Part shown: one piece after another, positions 1 to 12,209 of the stretch
Position numbering within the stretch: position 1 is the first letter of the stretch
How the letters are laid out: each line of letters begins with the position of its first letter
NCBI RefSeq assembly: GCF_001194135.2
Contig: NC_068992.1
Coordinates: 39,595,562-39,636,084 of the forward strand
Length of the DNA: 40,523 nt
Origin: Octopus bimaculoides
Taxonomy: Eukaryota
Reading direction: 5' to 3'
The notes under the pieces: generated by a model
The model's input: the letters and a program-made list of their open reading frames with translations, nothing else
Told to the model about the DNA's origin: nothing
The model's database searches: none
Program-made: the position numbers and the translations under genes

Positions 1-50
<50 letters not shown>
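1..50. repeat. (TC)n microsatellite
   Basis: Direct read; continues off the left edge. Confidence 0.98.
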
Positions 51-90
51 GTCTCCCTTTCGTGTGTAAAACACAAATTTTGATAGAAAC

Positions 91-3000
91 ATGCTCAAAA
101 TAGGCAGTATAAATGTACGTGGCTTGGGGTCGCCTTGGAAACAAGGCTACCTGTTAAACGACATCAAGTCACAAAATCTGCATATCATAGCCATCAGCGA
201 GACCAGACTCCACAGCCTGCAGGCACTCCAGCACATATTCAACGGACATTTCGACATTTATTTTTCTCCGTGTCTGCCGAGAATGGGCTGAGGATACACC
301 GCGGTGCTTCTTCGGAAGAGTGTGGACCTCAAAATAAGAGCAGTTTTCCTAGACCCGGAGGGTAGGCTGGTCATCTTGGATGTCAATGGCAGCAATGGGT
401 GTGCTTTTCAACTGATAATAGTTTATGCACCGTCCTTAACAGGCCGGCCAGATTTATTTCGACGTCTACAGGTTTTCTTGGGAACGCCTCAACCTTTACT
501 TTTAGTGGGGATTGAAGCGCTACCCTGGACACGCATCTAAACTACGTGGACAGAGATAATAATAGGAGGGTACACAAATGCCTCAAAGACCTGTTCAGAC
601 GTTTCCAACTGTCTGACAGGTACCGACTGGACCACACGAATGTCCCAATGGAGTAACCGCATCGGTTCGCCCAGATGGTATTTAGATAGAGTATTCTGTA
701 GGACATTGGATAAGGATAGTGTAGGTTGTCCACAATTCCACATAGTCAGCTACACAGACCACAAATTTGTGACTTGTACAATTGACTTAGATAAGACACA
801 TAGACAGGGTCTCAGTTATTGGAAGCTGAACGCGTCGTTCACGGCACGCCAGGCTTACAGGATTAACACATTAGTTAAGAGAGCATTGACGGGTGCCATC
901 ATCAACAACAGATAGTGGTTTGCCCTAAAGAAAGCAATTAAAGCAGAATCGGTTAGGTACAGTAAGGTCCTAGCATTAGACCAAAATAGAACAGAAGGAG
1001 ACCTAGTTAAGAAATTAGAAGAGGCACTTAGAACTGGCATCGCGTCCAACGTACTGGCAGCGAGGCTGGCCCTCAACCAACACTTCAACGCCAAACAAGA
1101 AGGATGCGTTGTCAGAGCTAAGGTGCGTTCTCTGAGGAACGAAGGAGTTGGAGCCGCCCGACAGGCCCGAGTGGCGGAGGTGCAACGAGGCAAAAGAGGT
1201 CCCTGACAGATGAACAGGTTTGAGAAGTACTCAAGCCTGAAAGGAAGTGTGAGGCCTTTCAGCAACACTTTGCCCGACTGTTCGGGACAACTGGTGGGTC
1301 AGGACACAAAGTGGAGTTTAGTGCCTACCTACATGGCCTGCCACGACTCTAAGCAAGAGAGGCGGAGTGTTGTGAAAGACACTTCACAGCCGCGGACGTA
1401 CGGGATGCGATGACAGACTGCGCAGGAGACAAGTCACCAAGCTTGGATTGTCTGCCTCACGAAATTTATTGTCATATGCCAGACTTGTTTGGAGGCGTCT
1501 TGGCAGCTGTCTACTGCAACTGGCAGCAAAACGGGAGTATCCCCGTCTTTGTAAAGCGAGGAGTATTGGCACTGCTAAAGAAAGATCCAAACAAGGGGAA
1601 CGTCATAGATAACTTCAGGCCCATCACTCTGCTCAACGCAGATTTGAAAATTTTGGCCAAGGTGTTAGCCGAGAGGCTGGCGCTTGTCATCGAGACACTA
1701 GTCGACAAGGCGCAAACGTGCGCCGTGCTGGGTAGGAGTATCTATAACAACCTCCATTTGATGCACTACATCATAGACAAGGTAGTTAAGGAACCTGGCA
1801 TGGGTGAGGCGCCGTTCAATTTGGATCAATCAAAAGCTTTCGATAGGGTAGACCATCACTACTTGGAGGCTGTCCTTAAAGCGGCTGGTTTCGGTCCCAT
1901 CTTCCGCGGTTAGATTACTGTCTTATACAGCGGCATCCGCTCGGTAGTTCGCATAAATTGCAATCTATCAAGACCATTTGACATCATGGGTTCGGTTCGT
2001 CAAGGATGCCCCCTCTCGTTGCTTCTGTATGTATTGACTTTTGAGCCACTACTGCGGAAGCTGGCGACACTGTGAGGCATCCCACAAGAGCTGGGATGCA
2101 GGAGGAGCGTGTCTGCATACGCGGACGACGTCACCGTCATAGTGTCGAGCCACAAGCACATCGACCAAGTCGGCGAGGCGCTAAAAGAATAGGAAGCGGT
2201 AATGGGAGCAAAAATTAACCGGGAAAAGTCAGTGGGCTTGCGGCTCAGCACCTGGAGAAGCAAGCCCATACCGTCCATTAGCGTCTTCATCGTGGGACGC
2301 TGGACCGACGGACTGATTAAATTGCTCGGAGTCTGGTTCGGTCCGGACGTCGAAATGGAGAAGAACTGGGGCGAAATAACAACTAGGGTGGCCACTCTCA
2401 CNNNNNNNNNNNNNNNNNNNNNNNNNNNNNNNNNNNNNNNNNNNNNNNNNNNNNNNNNNNNNNNNNNNNNNNNNNNNNNNNNNNNNNNNNNNNNNNNNNN
2501 NNNNNNNNNNNNNNNNNNNNNNNNNNNNNNNNNNNNNNNNNNNNNNNNNNNNNNNNNNNNNNNNNNNNNNNNNNNNNNNNNNNNNNNNNNNNNNNNNNNN
2601 NNNNNNNNNNNNNNNNNNNNNNNNNNNNNNNNNNNNNNNNNNNNNNNNNNNNNNNNNNNNNNNNNNNNNNNNNNNNNNNNNNNNNNNNNNNNNNNNNNNN
2701 NNNNNNNNNNNNNNNNNNNNNNNNNNNTCTCCGGCGCTTCATAGACGACAGTGAACAGGTTTGGTCGCCGTTTGTGCGGTGCGCTTTCCTGCAGCTCGTC
2801 TCCTTGACCGAACTACAATCGTGGATCAAACAAAGACCGAGGCTAGGCGAATGGCACTGCAAGTGTCGCGTTGCTCTGAAGCAACTCTACCGTCCGGGAC
2901 CAAACTTGTGCAACTTCATTAAAACAAAGGCGTGCTATAGTGGATTAGTGGAGGGGAGGTGCGATGACGTTCTCGGGCAGAATCTGGGCATCGACGAGGA

Positions 3001-3565
3001 ACACTTGACCCGCCTGTTCAGGACAACTTTCGGGTCGGGACCTATGGACAATCACCAAAGATCCCTGGTCTGGCATTGCTATCGAGAAGCATTACCCGTT
3101 CGGGATAAGTACTACAGGCATGGTTCGAGACACACCGGACCGACTTGTCCGAGATGCAGACAGAGTGACGAAACCGTTCTGCGCGCACTCGTGTAGTGTC
3201 CAACCATTTCAGATCTGTGGGCTTATGCCGAATGGTTGCTGTCACGGGTGGGACGAGTCCGCCTGTCGGGCGAGTCTATCTTGGAAATTGATCCGCCACC
3301 TTCCCTCAACCGGGAAGGCAATGCAATCTTCATCGTACTGGTGGCCATGGCGAAAGAATGTGTGTGGTGGATTCGAGCGAAAAGATTAGAGACAAACACT
3401 TACCTCTCTGGCCAATCGCTCATCAACTTTTTCAAGTACCACTTGAAAAGGAAAATGAGAATGGAGAGGCAGGTTTTGTTTCGTGAAAGTTTCATTAAAA
3501 GGTGGGTGAATGTAGCAAATATGGTGCGTGCGAGTGACGAAACCACTTTAAGCATGATCCTGTAA
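91..3565 (+). pseudogene. Decayed ORF2 of a Tx1/L1-clade non-LTR retrotransposon (APE endonuclease, RT, C-terminal zinc knuckle)
   Basis: APE start MLKIGSINVRGL...IIAISETRL; RT motifs NFRPITLLNADLKILAKVLAERL, LDQSKAFDRVDH, RQGCPLS, AYADDV (YADD 2118-2129), GAKINREKS; C-terminal CPRCRQSDETVLRAL. Many stops and frameshifts; N gap about 2402-2727. Confidence 0.93.
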
Positions 3566-3871
3566 ATCGAAAAGAGAGAGAGAGAGAGAGAGAGAGCACT
3601 TTGCTTTCATGTGTTTATTCCTTTCCTCCTTGTTTTTTTTTTCCGTAGGCTTTTCTTTCCACGGATAAACCTAATCTTACGCTTTACATTTTTGAAATTC
3701 TTCTGTGATACACGAATCCTTTTGATCGTTTCTTTTTTCCCGATCCCTTTTGATCGGAGTTTTAATTTTTTTCTTATTTTCCCCCTTTTTTCCATTTTCG
3801 AAAAGAAAAGCTCTACATTTGTATTTGTCCCCTTTGTGTTCAGCCCTGTGTGGCCAATAAAGAAAGTTATC
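3566..3871 (+). mobile_element. 3' UTR of the Tx1-like LINE
   Basis: Short (GA)n after the stop, T-rich UTR, AATAAA at 3856-3861; terminal motif shared with the copy at 27764-27791. Confidence 0.75.
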
Positions 3872-3873
3872 TC

Positions 3874-3928
<55 letters not shown>

Positions 3929-3929
3929 G

Positions 3930-3976
<47 letters not shown>
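3872..3976. repeat. (TCTA)n microsatellite abutting the LINE 3' end
   Basis: Direct read; runs into an N gap. Confidence 0.97.
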
Positions 3977-5445
3977 NNNNNNNNNNNNNNNNNNNNNNNN
4001 NNNNNNNNNNNNNNNNNNNNNNNNNNNNNNNNNNNNNNNNNNNNNNNNNNNNNNNNNNNNNNNNNNNNNNNNNNNNNNNNNNNNNNNNNNNNNNNNNNNN
4101 NNNNNNNNNNNNNNNNNNNNNNNNNNNNNNNNNNNNNNNNNNNNNNNNNNNNNNNNNNNNNNNNNNNNNNNNNNNNNNNNNNNNNNNNNNNNNNNNNNNN
4201 NNNNNNNNNNNNNNNNNNNNNNNNNNNNNNNNNNNNNNNNNNNNNNNNNNNNNNNNNNNNNNNNNNNNNNNNNNNNNNNNNNNNNNNNNNNNNNNNNNNN
4301 NNNNNNNNNNNNNNNNNNNNNNNNNNNNNNNNNNNNNNNNNNNNNNNNNNNNNNNNNNNNNNNNNNNNNNNNNNNNNNNNNNNNNNNNNNNNNATGTATG
4401 TATGCATGTATCTATCTATCTATTTGTCTATCTGTATATATATCTATGCCTGTCTGTCTATCTGTCTGTTTCTCTCTTTCTCTCTCTCCCTCTGTAATAT
4501 TTCTATATATGCATACATAATGTTTATAGAGTCTTTTATACAAACTCTACAAGCATAATAATTGTAATTGTCACGGAAACACTTATAAAAATGATATAAA
4601 TCGATAATTTAACCACATTCTACCACTTTGTACTTCTTATACACACACATACACATACACAGATGCATAGGAATACATTCACATGGACACACATACACAC
4701 AGACATATTAAGAACTGCAGTGATTAGCAAAGTATGGCTACATACAACAATATACACACACACAGATACATACAGTTTATCGTTCACTCTTTCTCTTCTC
4801 ATACATTTTATGTGTGTGTACATGTATATATACATATACTGGGTGTTAGGCCAAGTAACTGGTCATTAATGTCAAAATACTTTTTAACATTCAAGCTTCA
4901 CGCAAATTCTTCCCCACATAACATACAAAGGGCATTTATCACCTTTATCAATAACGCCATATTGTATCCACCCGTTGTTCACTCCATCAAACTGGAAAAT
5001 GTCGTTCATTTCCTATTTACGATAATTTAATTTCTTTGTTATTAGCACTTGTTACCATTGTGACAGAGTTCAGAAAATAATAAATTGGAAAAATAAATGA
5101 ATGTTATGAATTTTCTATATCGTGTTCACCTGATCAAGCAGGCAATAAATTGCTATTTTATTAATTAACTGAAATTAATTTAAGGGTTGAAATGTGAAGT
5201 GCTGTGACATAAGATTTCATTGAGAAACACATAGCTTTTCAGACTAATATGTCAACTTCTAAGTTATTTGTGAAATTTAAGAAACGTTTTATAGCGTGGT
5301 ATTGCAGGGAGATATTTTTTCTTGCGAATTGCATCATGTATTACCAAAAACCTCATGTGTCACTGGTATTGTAGGTTCGCGTCGCTGTTCTAACGTATAA
5401 ATTAAAATTAATGCGTAACCAGGTGACACACACACACGCACACAT

Positions 5446-5487
<42 letters not shown>

Positions 5488-5724
5488 ACACACGTACACA
5501 CACACAAACATGCTCATACACGTACATGCACACAAACACAGAAACACGCATCCAGATCATAATGTGTCTTGATAACTAAAGTAACGTCTGACGAAGTGGT
5601 TTAGTTATTTTGCTTTCTAATGCAGTTTATGAATAAACCACACTCATGGAAACGTTCGTTACATAATTGAAAAGTTCACTTAATATTCATTATACATACA
5701 TATATATTTCATATATATATAATC

Positions 5725-5902
5725 TAGAACAAACAGTAAATTATCATTATAGTACTCGGAGTTTCGAATGTCGGAGCGAAGAGCTACGGTGCATTCTCGA
5801 TGGCTATTAATGGCCATTAATAGCCGACGAGAATGCATAGTAGCTCTTCGCTCCGACATTCGAAACTCCGAGTCCTATAATGACAACTTACTCTTTGTTC
5901 TA
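5725..5902. repeat. 178-bp near-perfect palindrome (putative hairpin MITE)
   Basis: 89-bp arms, 8 mismatches by manual alignment, no loop, centre TGG|CCA at 5813/5814, termini TAG...CTA. Confidence 0.92.
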
Positions 5903-5963
5903 AATTGTAACATATACCAATAATCCTCGATCTAATATCGAGATATTATTCTTTTGTTGTTAC

Positions 5964-6030
<67 letters not shown>
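5964..6030. repeat. (TTA)n microsatellite
   Basis: Direct read. Confidence 0.97.
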
Positions 6031-6031
<1 letters not shown>

Positions 6032-6619
6032 CTTGTAATATAGGATAAAATGTTTTCAAAAAAATTCATCAAGTGGCCAGCATGTTAAAATACCCTTNNN
6101 NNNNNNNNNNNNNNNNNNNNNNNNNNNNNNNNNNNNNNNNNNNNNNNNNNNNNNNNNNNNNNNNNNNNNNNNNNNNNNNNNNNNNNNNNNNNNNNNNNNN
6201 NNNNNNNNNNNNNNNNNNNNNNNNNNNNNNNNNNNNNNNNNNNNNNNNNNNNNNNNNNNNNNNNNNNNNNNNNNNNNNNNNNNNNNNNNNNNNNNNNNNN
6301 NNNNNNNNNNNNNNNNNNNNNNNNNNNNNNNNNNNNNNNNNNNNNNNNNNNNNNNNNNNNNNNNNNNNNNNNNNNNNNNNNNNNNNNNNNNNNNNNNNNN
6401 NNNNNNNNNNNNNNNNNNNNNNNNNNNNNNNNNNNNNNNNNNNNNNNNNNNNNNNNNNNNNNNNNNNNNNNNNNNNNNNNNNNNNNNNNNNNNNNNNNNN
6501 NNNNNNNNNNNNNNNNNNNNNNNNNNNNNNNNNNNNNNNNNNNNNNNNNNNNNNNNNNNNNNNNNNNNNNNNNNNNNNNNNNNNNNNNNNNNNNNNNNNN
6601 NNNNNNNNNNNNNNNNNNN

Positions 6620-6711
<92 letters not shown>

Positions 6712-6729
6712 ATATATATTTCATTGTCT

Positions 6730-6867
6730 ACCTGTATAGACTAGACTATCGGACGTTGTTAAACACCGCTGGTTGCAATGAGATTCCTCACATTGTTATA
6801 GTCTTCAAGTGATGCCACCTTCCGATAATGAGGGCAACATCTGAACCACTAGGCCAAGCACCTTCAC
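6730..6867 (-). mobile_element. Degenerate tRNA-derived SINE-like head
   Basis: Minus strand begins GTGAAGGTGCTTGGCCTAGTGGTT (A-box-like); no clear B box. Confidence 0.3.
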
Positions 6868-7154
6868 ACACGCGTGCGTGCGCCTACTTATATGTATGTA
6901 TGCGTATGTATATATACTTGTTCTGAATTCTGGTTGTCAAGATAGAAACTCTAATTTGCATGTTTAACAAACTTCTAGGCGAAACAATGTGTAAGGTGAA
7001 GGAAGAAGGAAAAGAAGAAAATAGAAGGAGGAAAGGGTAGAGGAGGACAAGAAGATGAAGAAGTAGAAGAATGAGAAGGAGGATGCCGAAGAGGAGGAGA
7101 GGTGGAGGAGAGGATGAAGAAGAAGAAGGCAAAGAAGACGAAGAGGAAGTAGAG

Positions 7155-7252
7155 GAAGAAGAAGAAGAAGAAGAAGAAGAAGAAGAAGAAGAAGAAGAAG
7201 AAGAAGAAGAAGAAGAAGAAGAAGAAGAAGAAGAAGAAGAAGAAGAAGAAGA
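7155..7252. repeat. (GAA)n microsatellite within a purine-rich tract
   Basis: Direct read. Confidence 0.97.
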
Positions 7253-8755
7253 AATTGTAAGTGTAAAATTTTGAAAGATAAGGTGATGATGAAACAAAAA
7301 GAGAACCGTAAATGAAGAGCGAAATATTTAAATGAACGTTTAAATCAGGCGACATTGAATGGCGAAAGCTGGATATGAAACAAATACATAACTGTTGACA
7401 GTAAAGCAATATGTATATACATGTGTGTGTGTGTGTGTGAATATGTGTGTCTATACATATGTGTGTTTGTGCGTGTTCGTCTGTACTAGTATAAGTATGT
7501 GTATACATTTATTTGCATACAAAGACAGAGAAACACACACACCTACCCACCCACACATATACACATATGCGTATACACATATGCGTATACACATATGTGT
7601 ATATGTGTGGGTGGGTGTGTTTTTGTATTTTTTTATGTATGTAAATAAATGTATACACATATATATATGTATATATATTTACATACATACAGAAACACAG
7701 AACCCCCCCCCCACCACACGCGCGCATACACATACGTATATATATTTATGTATATATATTTACATACATAGTTAAATTCACTTATGGCACATACATAGGC
7801 ATATGTATGGAGCGTATGTACTTGTGTGTGCTTCTGTGTGTGTATGTATGCTTGATGTGACATCTATAAAACCATTCATACACACTTAAATACATACATT
7901 CACAAACACATACCAACATTAATATATTAATGGATATGATACACAGTAGAAGTCCAATGAATTAACTTCCCTGCGATATAACTCTTCGCAGTGGTTTCAG
8001 TGAGAGGACAAACAATGACACCTCAGTTTCACATGAAAAATTCATATCAGAATCGCCACTGAACTCGATTTTCTCTTCGAACAATGGTCACTCTTGATAA
8101 CACTTCGATTGTTCGAACATACGAGACAGCAATTAATGTTTTGTTGTCTAAGACGGCGGTGTTTTTTCAATGGAAGTTTTGCAAAAGTGAAAACAGAATT
8201 TAAAAAAGCAATAATTTAATAGGAGAACGAAAATAATCGTCGCTAGATCATCACTAAAGAAAATCAATGAAGGAAATAAATAGAGGTAAAATAGATATTG
8301 ACTATCTGTTGATTCTTTATATTTTCTTACAGTTTGGTGAGATATTTATGCTTGAAAGTGATAATCACAAGTGTGAAATAAAGCAGGTAGAAAAATAAAA
8401 TGAGGAGAAAAATTGTTAAAGAGGAAAAGAGAGAGATAATGGGAAAGATAGACAAATACGTTGGTAGACAGCTAGCTAGATAGACAGGCATGGAAAGAAA
8501 GATTTGCGTATATATAGACATAGAGGAAGATAAATAGACAGAGGCTTTGAATAATAGAAGGTTAGTTAACGGGCATAAATTCCATCAATACTCTACTAAA
8601 TAGAAGTTGTAAAAGAAGAACAAGTTTTAGATCAGGAATGGCAAACTTATGACGAAGATCAGTAGTAATCAGCCGTAGTTTTAGTTAACACGTAATGGAG
8701 TTTGAAAGTCATCTCCCTCTAATAAAAAAGTTTGTCTCTATGCATTTAGTAAAAG

Positions 8756-8831
8756 CTAAGCCACAAAAACAGCGACGTGCGCATCTGTCGTCCTCCTGTT
8801 CTCTTCTTGGGCGATTACTTTTTGTCTACCT
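8756..8831 (-). CDS. Candidate terminal coding exon (GRQKVIAQEENRRTTDAHVAVFVA*)
   Basis: Minus-strand acceptor CTCATTCTATTTCAG; only one frame stays open; no homology recognised. Confidence 0.2.
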
Positions 8832-9070
8832 CTGAAATAGAATGAGTCTTTAAAACAATATGTTTATGAAATGATTGTTTTCAAACGAAAACTATAGTTT
8901 CAGGCCTTTCAACAATATATATATATATATATGTGTGTGTGCTATGCATGTCATATAGATAAAAGTTTAATTCTAGAGTCCCTTCTATTGTATACTTAGA
9001 ATAAAATACAAGGAACTACAATTCATAAAGTGTGAAAACCACTCGTAAACTTGTTTTTTGCTAATGGCAG

Positions 9071-9187
9071 AGTCAGCTGTTTAATGGTGCTGTTTTGCAC
9101 ACCGATGGTGCCCAACTGACCTTACAATACTGTGTAGTCGACAAAATCAAAAACAAACAATGCACTTGTGCGAAATTAAAAATATAA
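9071..9187 (+). CDS. Candidate terminal exon (SQLFNGAVLHTDGAQLTLQYCVVDKIKNKQCTCAKLKI*)
   Basis: Acceptor TTGTTTTTTGCTAATGGCAG then 38 open codons; no homology recognised. Confidence 0.2.
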   Translation, partial: SQLFNGAVLHTDGAQLTLQYCVVDKIKNKQCTCAKLKI

Positions 9188-9209
9188 AATGGCGACAATT
9201 TACCCATCG

Positions 9210-9269
<60 letters not shown>

Positions 9270-9274
9270 TTTAT

Positions 9275-9344
9275 CCTTTACTGGTCTCAGTCATTAAACT
9301 GCGACCATACTGGGGCACGCCCTTCAAGAATTGTAGTCGAACAA
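9275..9344 (-). mobile_element. SINE family A, 3' tail fragment
   Basis: Reverse complement matches the tail of the 13426 copy (GTGCCCCAGTATGGTCGCAGT...GACTGAGACCAGTAAA). Confidence 0.75.
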
Positions 9345-10192
9345 NNNNNNNNNNNNNNNNNNNNNNNNNNNNNNNNNNNNNNNNNNNNNNNNNNNNNNNN
9401 NNNNNNNNNNNNNNNNNNNNNNNNNNNNNNNNNNNNNNNNNNNNNNNNNNNNNNNNNNNNNNNNNNNNNNNNNNNNNNNNNNNNNNNNNNNNNNNNNNNN
9501 NNNNNNNNNNNNNNNNNNNNNNNNNNNNNNNNNNNNNNNNNNNNNNNNNNNNNNNNNNNNNNNNNNNNNNNNNNNNNNNNNNNNNNNNNNNNNNNNNNNN
9601 NNNNNNNNNNNNNNNNNNNNNNNNNNNNNNNNNNNNNNNNNNNNNNNNNNNNNNNNNNNNNNNNNNNNNNNNNNNNNNNNNNNNNNNNNNNNNNNNNNNN
9701 NNNNNNNNNNNNNNNNNNNNNNNNNNNNNNNNNNNNNNNNNNNNNNNNNNNNNNNNNNNNNNNNNNNNNNNNNNNNNNNNNNNNNNNNNNNNNNNNNNNN
9801 NNNNNNNNNNNNNNNNNNNNNNNNNNNNNNNNNNNNNNNNNNNNNNNNNNNNNNNNNNNNNNNNNNNNNNNNNNNNNNNNNNNNNNNNNNNNNNNNNNNN
9901 NNNNNNNNNNNNNNNNNNNNNNNNNNNNNNNNNNNNNNNNNNNNNNNNNNNNNNNNNNNNNNNNNNNNNNNNNNNNNNNNNNNNNNNNNNNNNNNNNNNN
10001 NNNNNNNNNNNNNNNNNNNNNNNNNNNNNNNNNNNNNNNNNNNNNNNNNNNNNNNNNNNNNNNNNNNNNNNNNNNNNNNNNNNNNNNNNNNNNNNNNNNN
10101 NNNNNNNNNNNNNNNNNNNNNNNNNNNNNNNNNNNNNNNNNNNNNNNNNNNNNNNNNNNNNNNNNNNNNNNNNNNNNNNNNNNNNNNNNNNN

Positions 10193-10700
10193 ATATATAT
10201 ATATATATATATATATACATACATACACATACATACACATACATGCATATAGATACATACATACATTTACGTACACATATATACATACATACACACATAC
10301 ATACATAAATACATACATGCATACACACATACATAAATACATACATGCATACACACACATGCATAAATACATACATGCACGCATACATAAATACATACAT
10401 ACACACATATACATAAATACATACATACACATACATAAATACATACATACATACACACAGATACATGCATAATTTCACAGATACGCACATACATACATAC
10501 ATACATACACCTACATGCATGCATACACACACATGCATAGATACATACATTTGCATACACATAGATACATACACATGCATACATACATACATACATACAT
10601 ACACATACATACTTACATAATACATATATACATACGTACATACATACATACATACATACATATATGCATATATGTATATGTATATACATACATACATACA
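10193..10700. repeat. Compound (TA)n/(TACA)n/(CA)n microsatellite
   Basis: Direct read. Confidence 0.95.
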
Positions 10701-11044
10701 CACCTACAAAACTGTCGATCGGTTCCTTTATATTCCCTCTCTGGCAAGTTATTATTAGTCCAATTATTTTTATATATATTTCCCTAAGTGTTATTTAGAC
10801 AAGCAGGGCGGCATTACATCAACCTGGTAATTGTATTGACATAGCAATAAATCACCAATACCAGTATGTAATCGATGGCTGAATCTGAGTGTATGGATTC
10901 AGGACAGACGCTGTTATTTTGCAGCGTTCTGTTTGGGCAATGTTTGCTGTTCATCAAATATTTTGTCGACTGTTGTGTGGGCCATTGTGACTATTGGAGA
11001 CGATATACACACGCCCACACACGTATTCACCACTCACACACACA

Positions 11045-11081
<37 letters not shown>

Positions 11082-11169
11082 ACACACACACACACACACT
11101 TACATACATGTATACGTGTGTGAGTGCATGTTATATATGTGTGTATATATGTATATGTATATGCATACA

Positions 11170-11455
11170 TACGAAGAGGTACCCAAAAGTAAGTTGGAAC
11201 GTTCTGTGTAACAAGCCCGTCGTAGTTCAGGCTTCCACTGCTAGAAGCAACTTGATGTGAACCTCAGACACCAGTTTGCAAAACGGAGTCGTCCTGTGTA
11301 GTCATACTTCAACGTCTTGCGTCTTCATTTTGCTGTGCTTCTCCTCTTTTAGTCGATTTTTGCAATGGCTGAAACGAAGAGAGATCGTGCTTCCATGAAA
11401 TTCTGTTTTCTGCTGGAGAAAAACGGTGGTAGAAACACTTATTATGCTTCAGAGT
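11170..11455 (+). mobile_element. Mariner (DD34D-type) 5' end: TA, TIR, leader and transposase N-terminus
   Basis: TA|CGAAGAGGTACCCAAAAGT terminus; MAETKRDRASMKFCFLLEKNG/VETLIMLQ resembles mariner RxxIKFCFxLGKxAxETxxML. Confidence 0.65.
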
Positions 11456-12209
11456 TGGAAGCAACATGCTGTACTGCTTGGCATTCGGGCTGGAAGCTCC
11501 AATACGAACATTTCAGAGTGTTTGGGTGTCAATCTGAGGACAGTGCAGACGATTAGGAAAGACTTGGGTGAGTCTAATGGGGATTGCGAAGGTACGGCAA
11601 CTCGAAAAATTCACTCTGATCGTTCTGATAAGACAAAAACTCCTGAATTTGTTGGTGACATCCAGGTCATGATTGATAACGATCCCTCTTAGTCAATCAG
11701 GTCCATCGACATGGATATGGGAGTGTCTGAGTTTCTTATCAGCCAGGTAGTGCATGAAGACATTCGGTATTCCTCATACAAAATGAGAAAGGACCAATTT
11801 TTATCCCAAGCTATCAAAGACAAGAGGAAAGACTGCGCTACGAACCTTTTGAACAAACTCAAACCTCCCCTCCAACCGTTGGCTTGCTGTGTCCCCGAAC
11901 ATGTACCGAGAGTGATAAAAATCAAACATCCAGTCAACATCATAGTGTTTGGACTGATCACTAGTGATGGCGTCGTTATGTCTCCATTCTTCTTCCTTCA
12001 CGGCTTCAGACACAACACGGAGGCCTACATCAAGTACCTGGAGGCGGTAGTGCTATCTTGGGACAAGAGCGTGGCTGCTGGAAGACCTTATGTCTGGTAA
12101 CAGGAGAACCCAGTCAAGGCTGTCAGATAATTTCTATGACCACATCACCCCTAATATCTGGCCATCTAACTCCCAAAACTGCAAACCCCTTAATTATTAT
12201 TTGTGAGGT
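11456..12209 (+). pseudogene. Tc1/mariner-superfamily transposase remnant, maT/DD37D-like
   Basis: HTH WKQHAVLLGIRAG...LGVNLRTVQTIRK; KHPVNIIVFGLITSDG; RPYVW*Q; WPSNSQNCKPLNYY (decayed WPPNSPDCNPLDY). The FSDEK segment is deleted. Confidence 0.85.

Noticed and set aside
10875-11000. Hydrophobic MDSGQTLLFCSVLFGQCLLFI and two small hairpins
   Set aside because: No credible donor; the ORF runs into (CA)n; hairpins of 7-9 bp are chance-level
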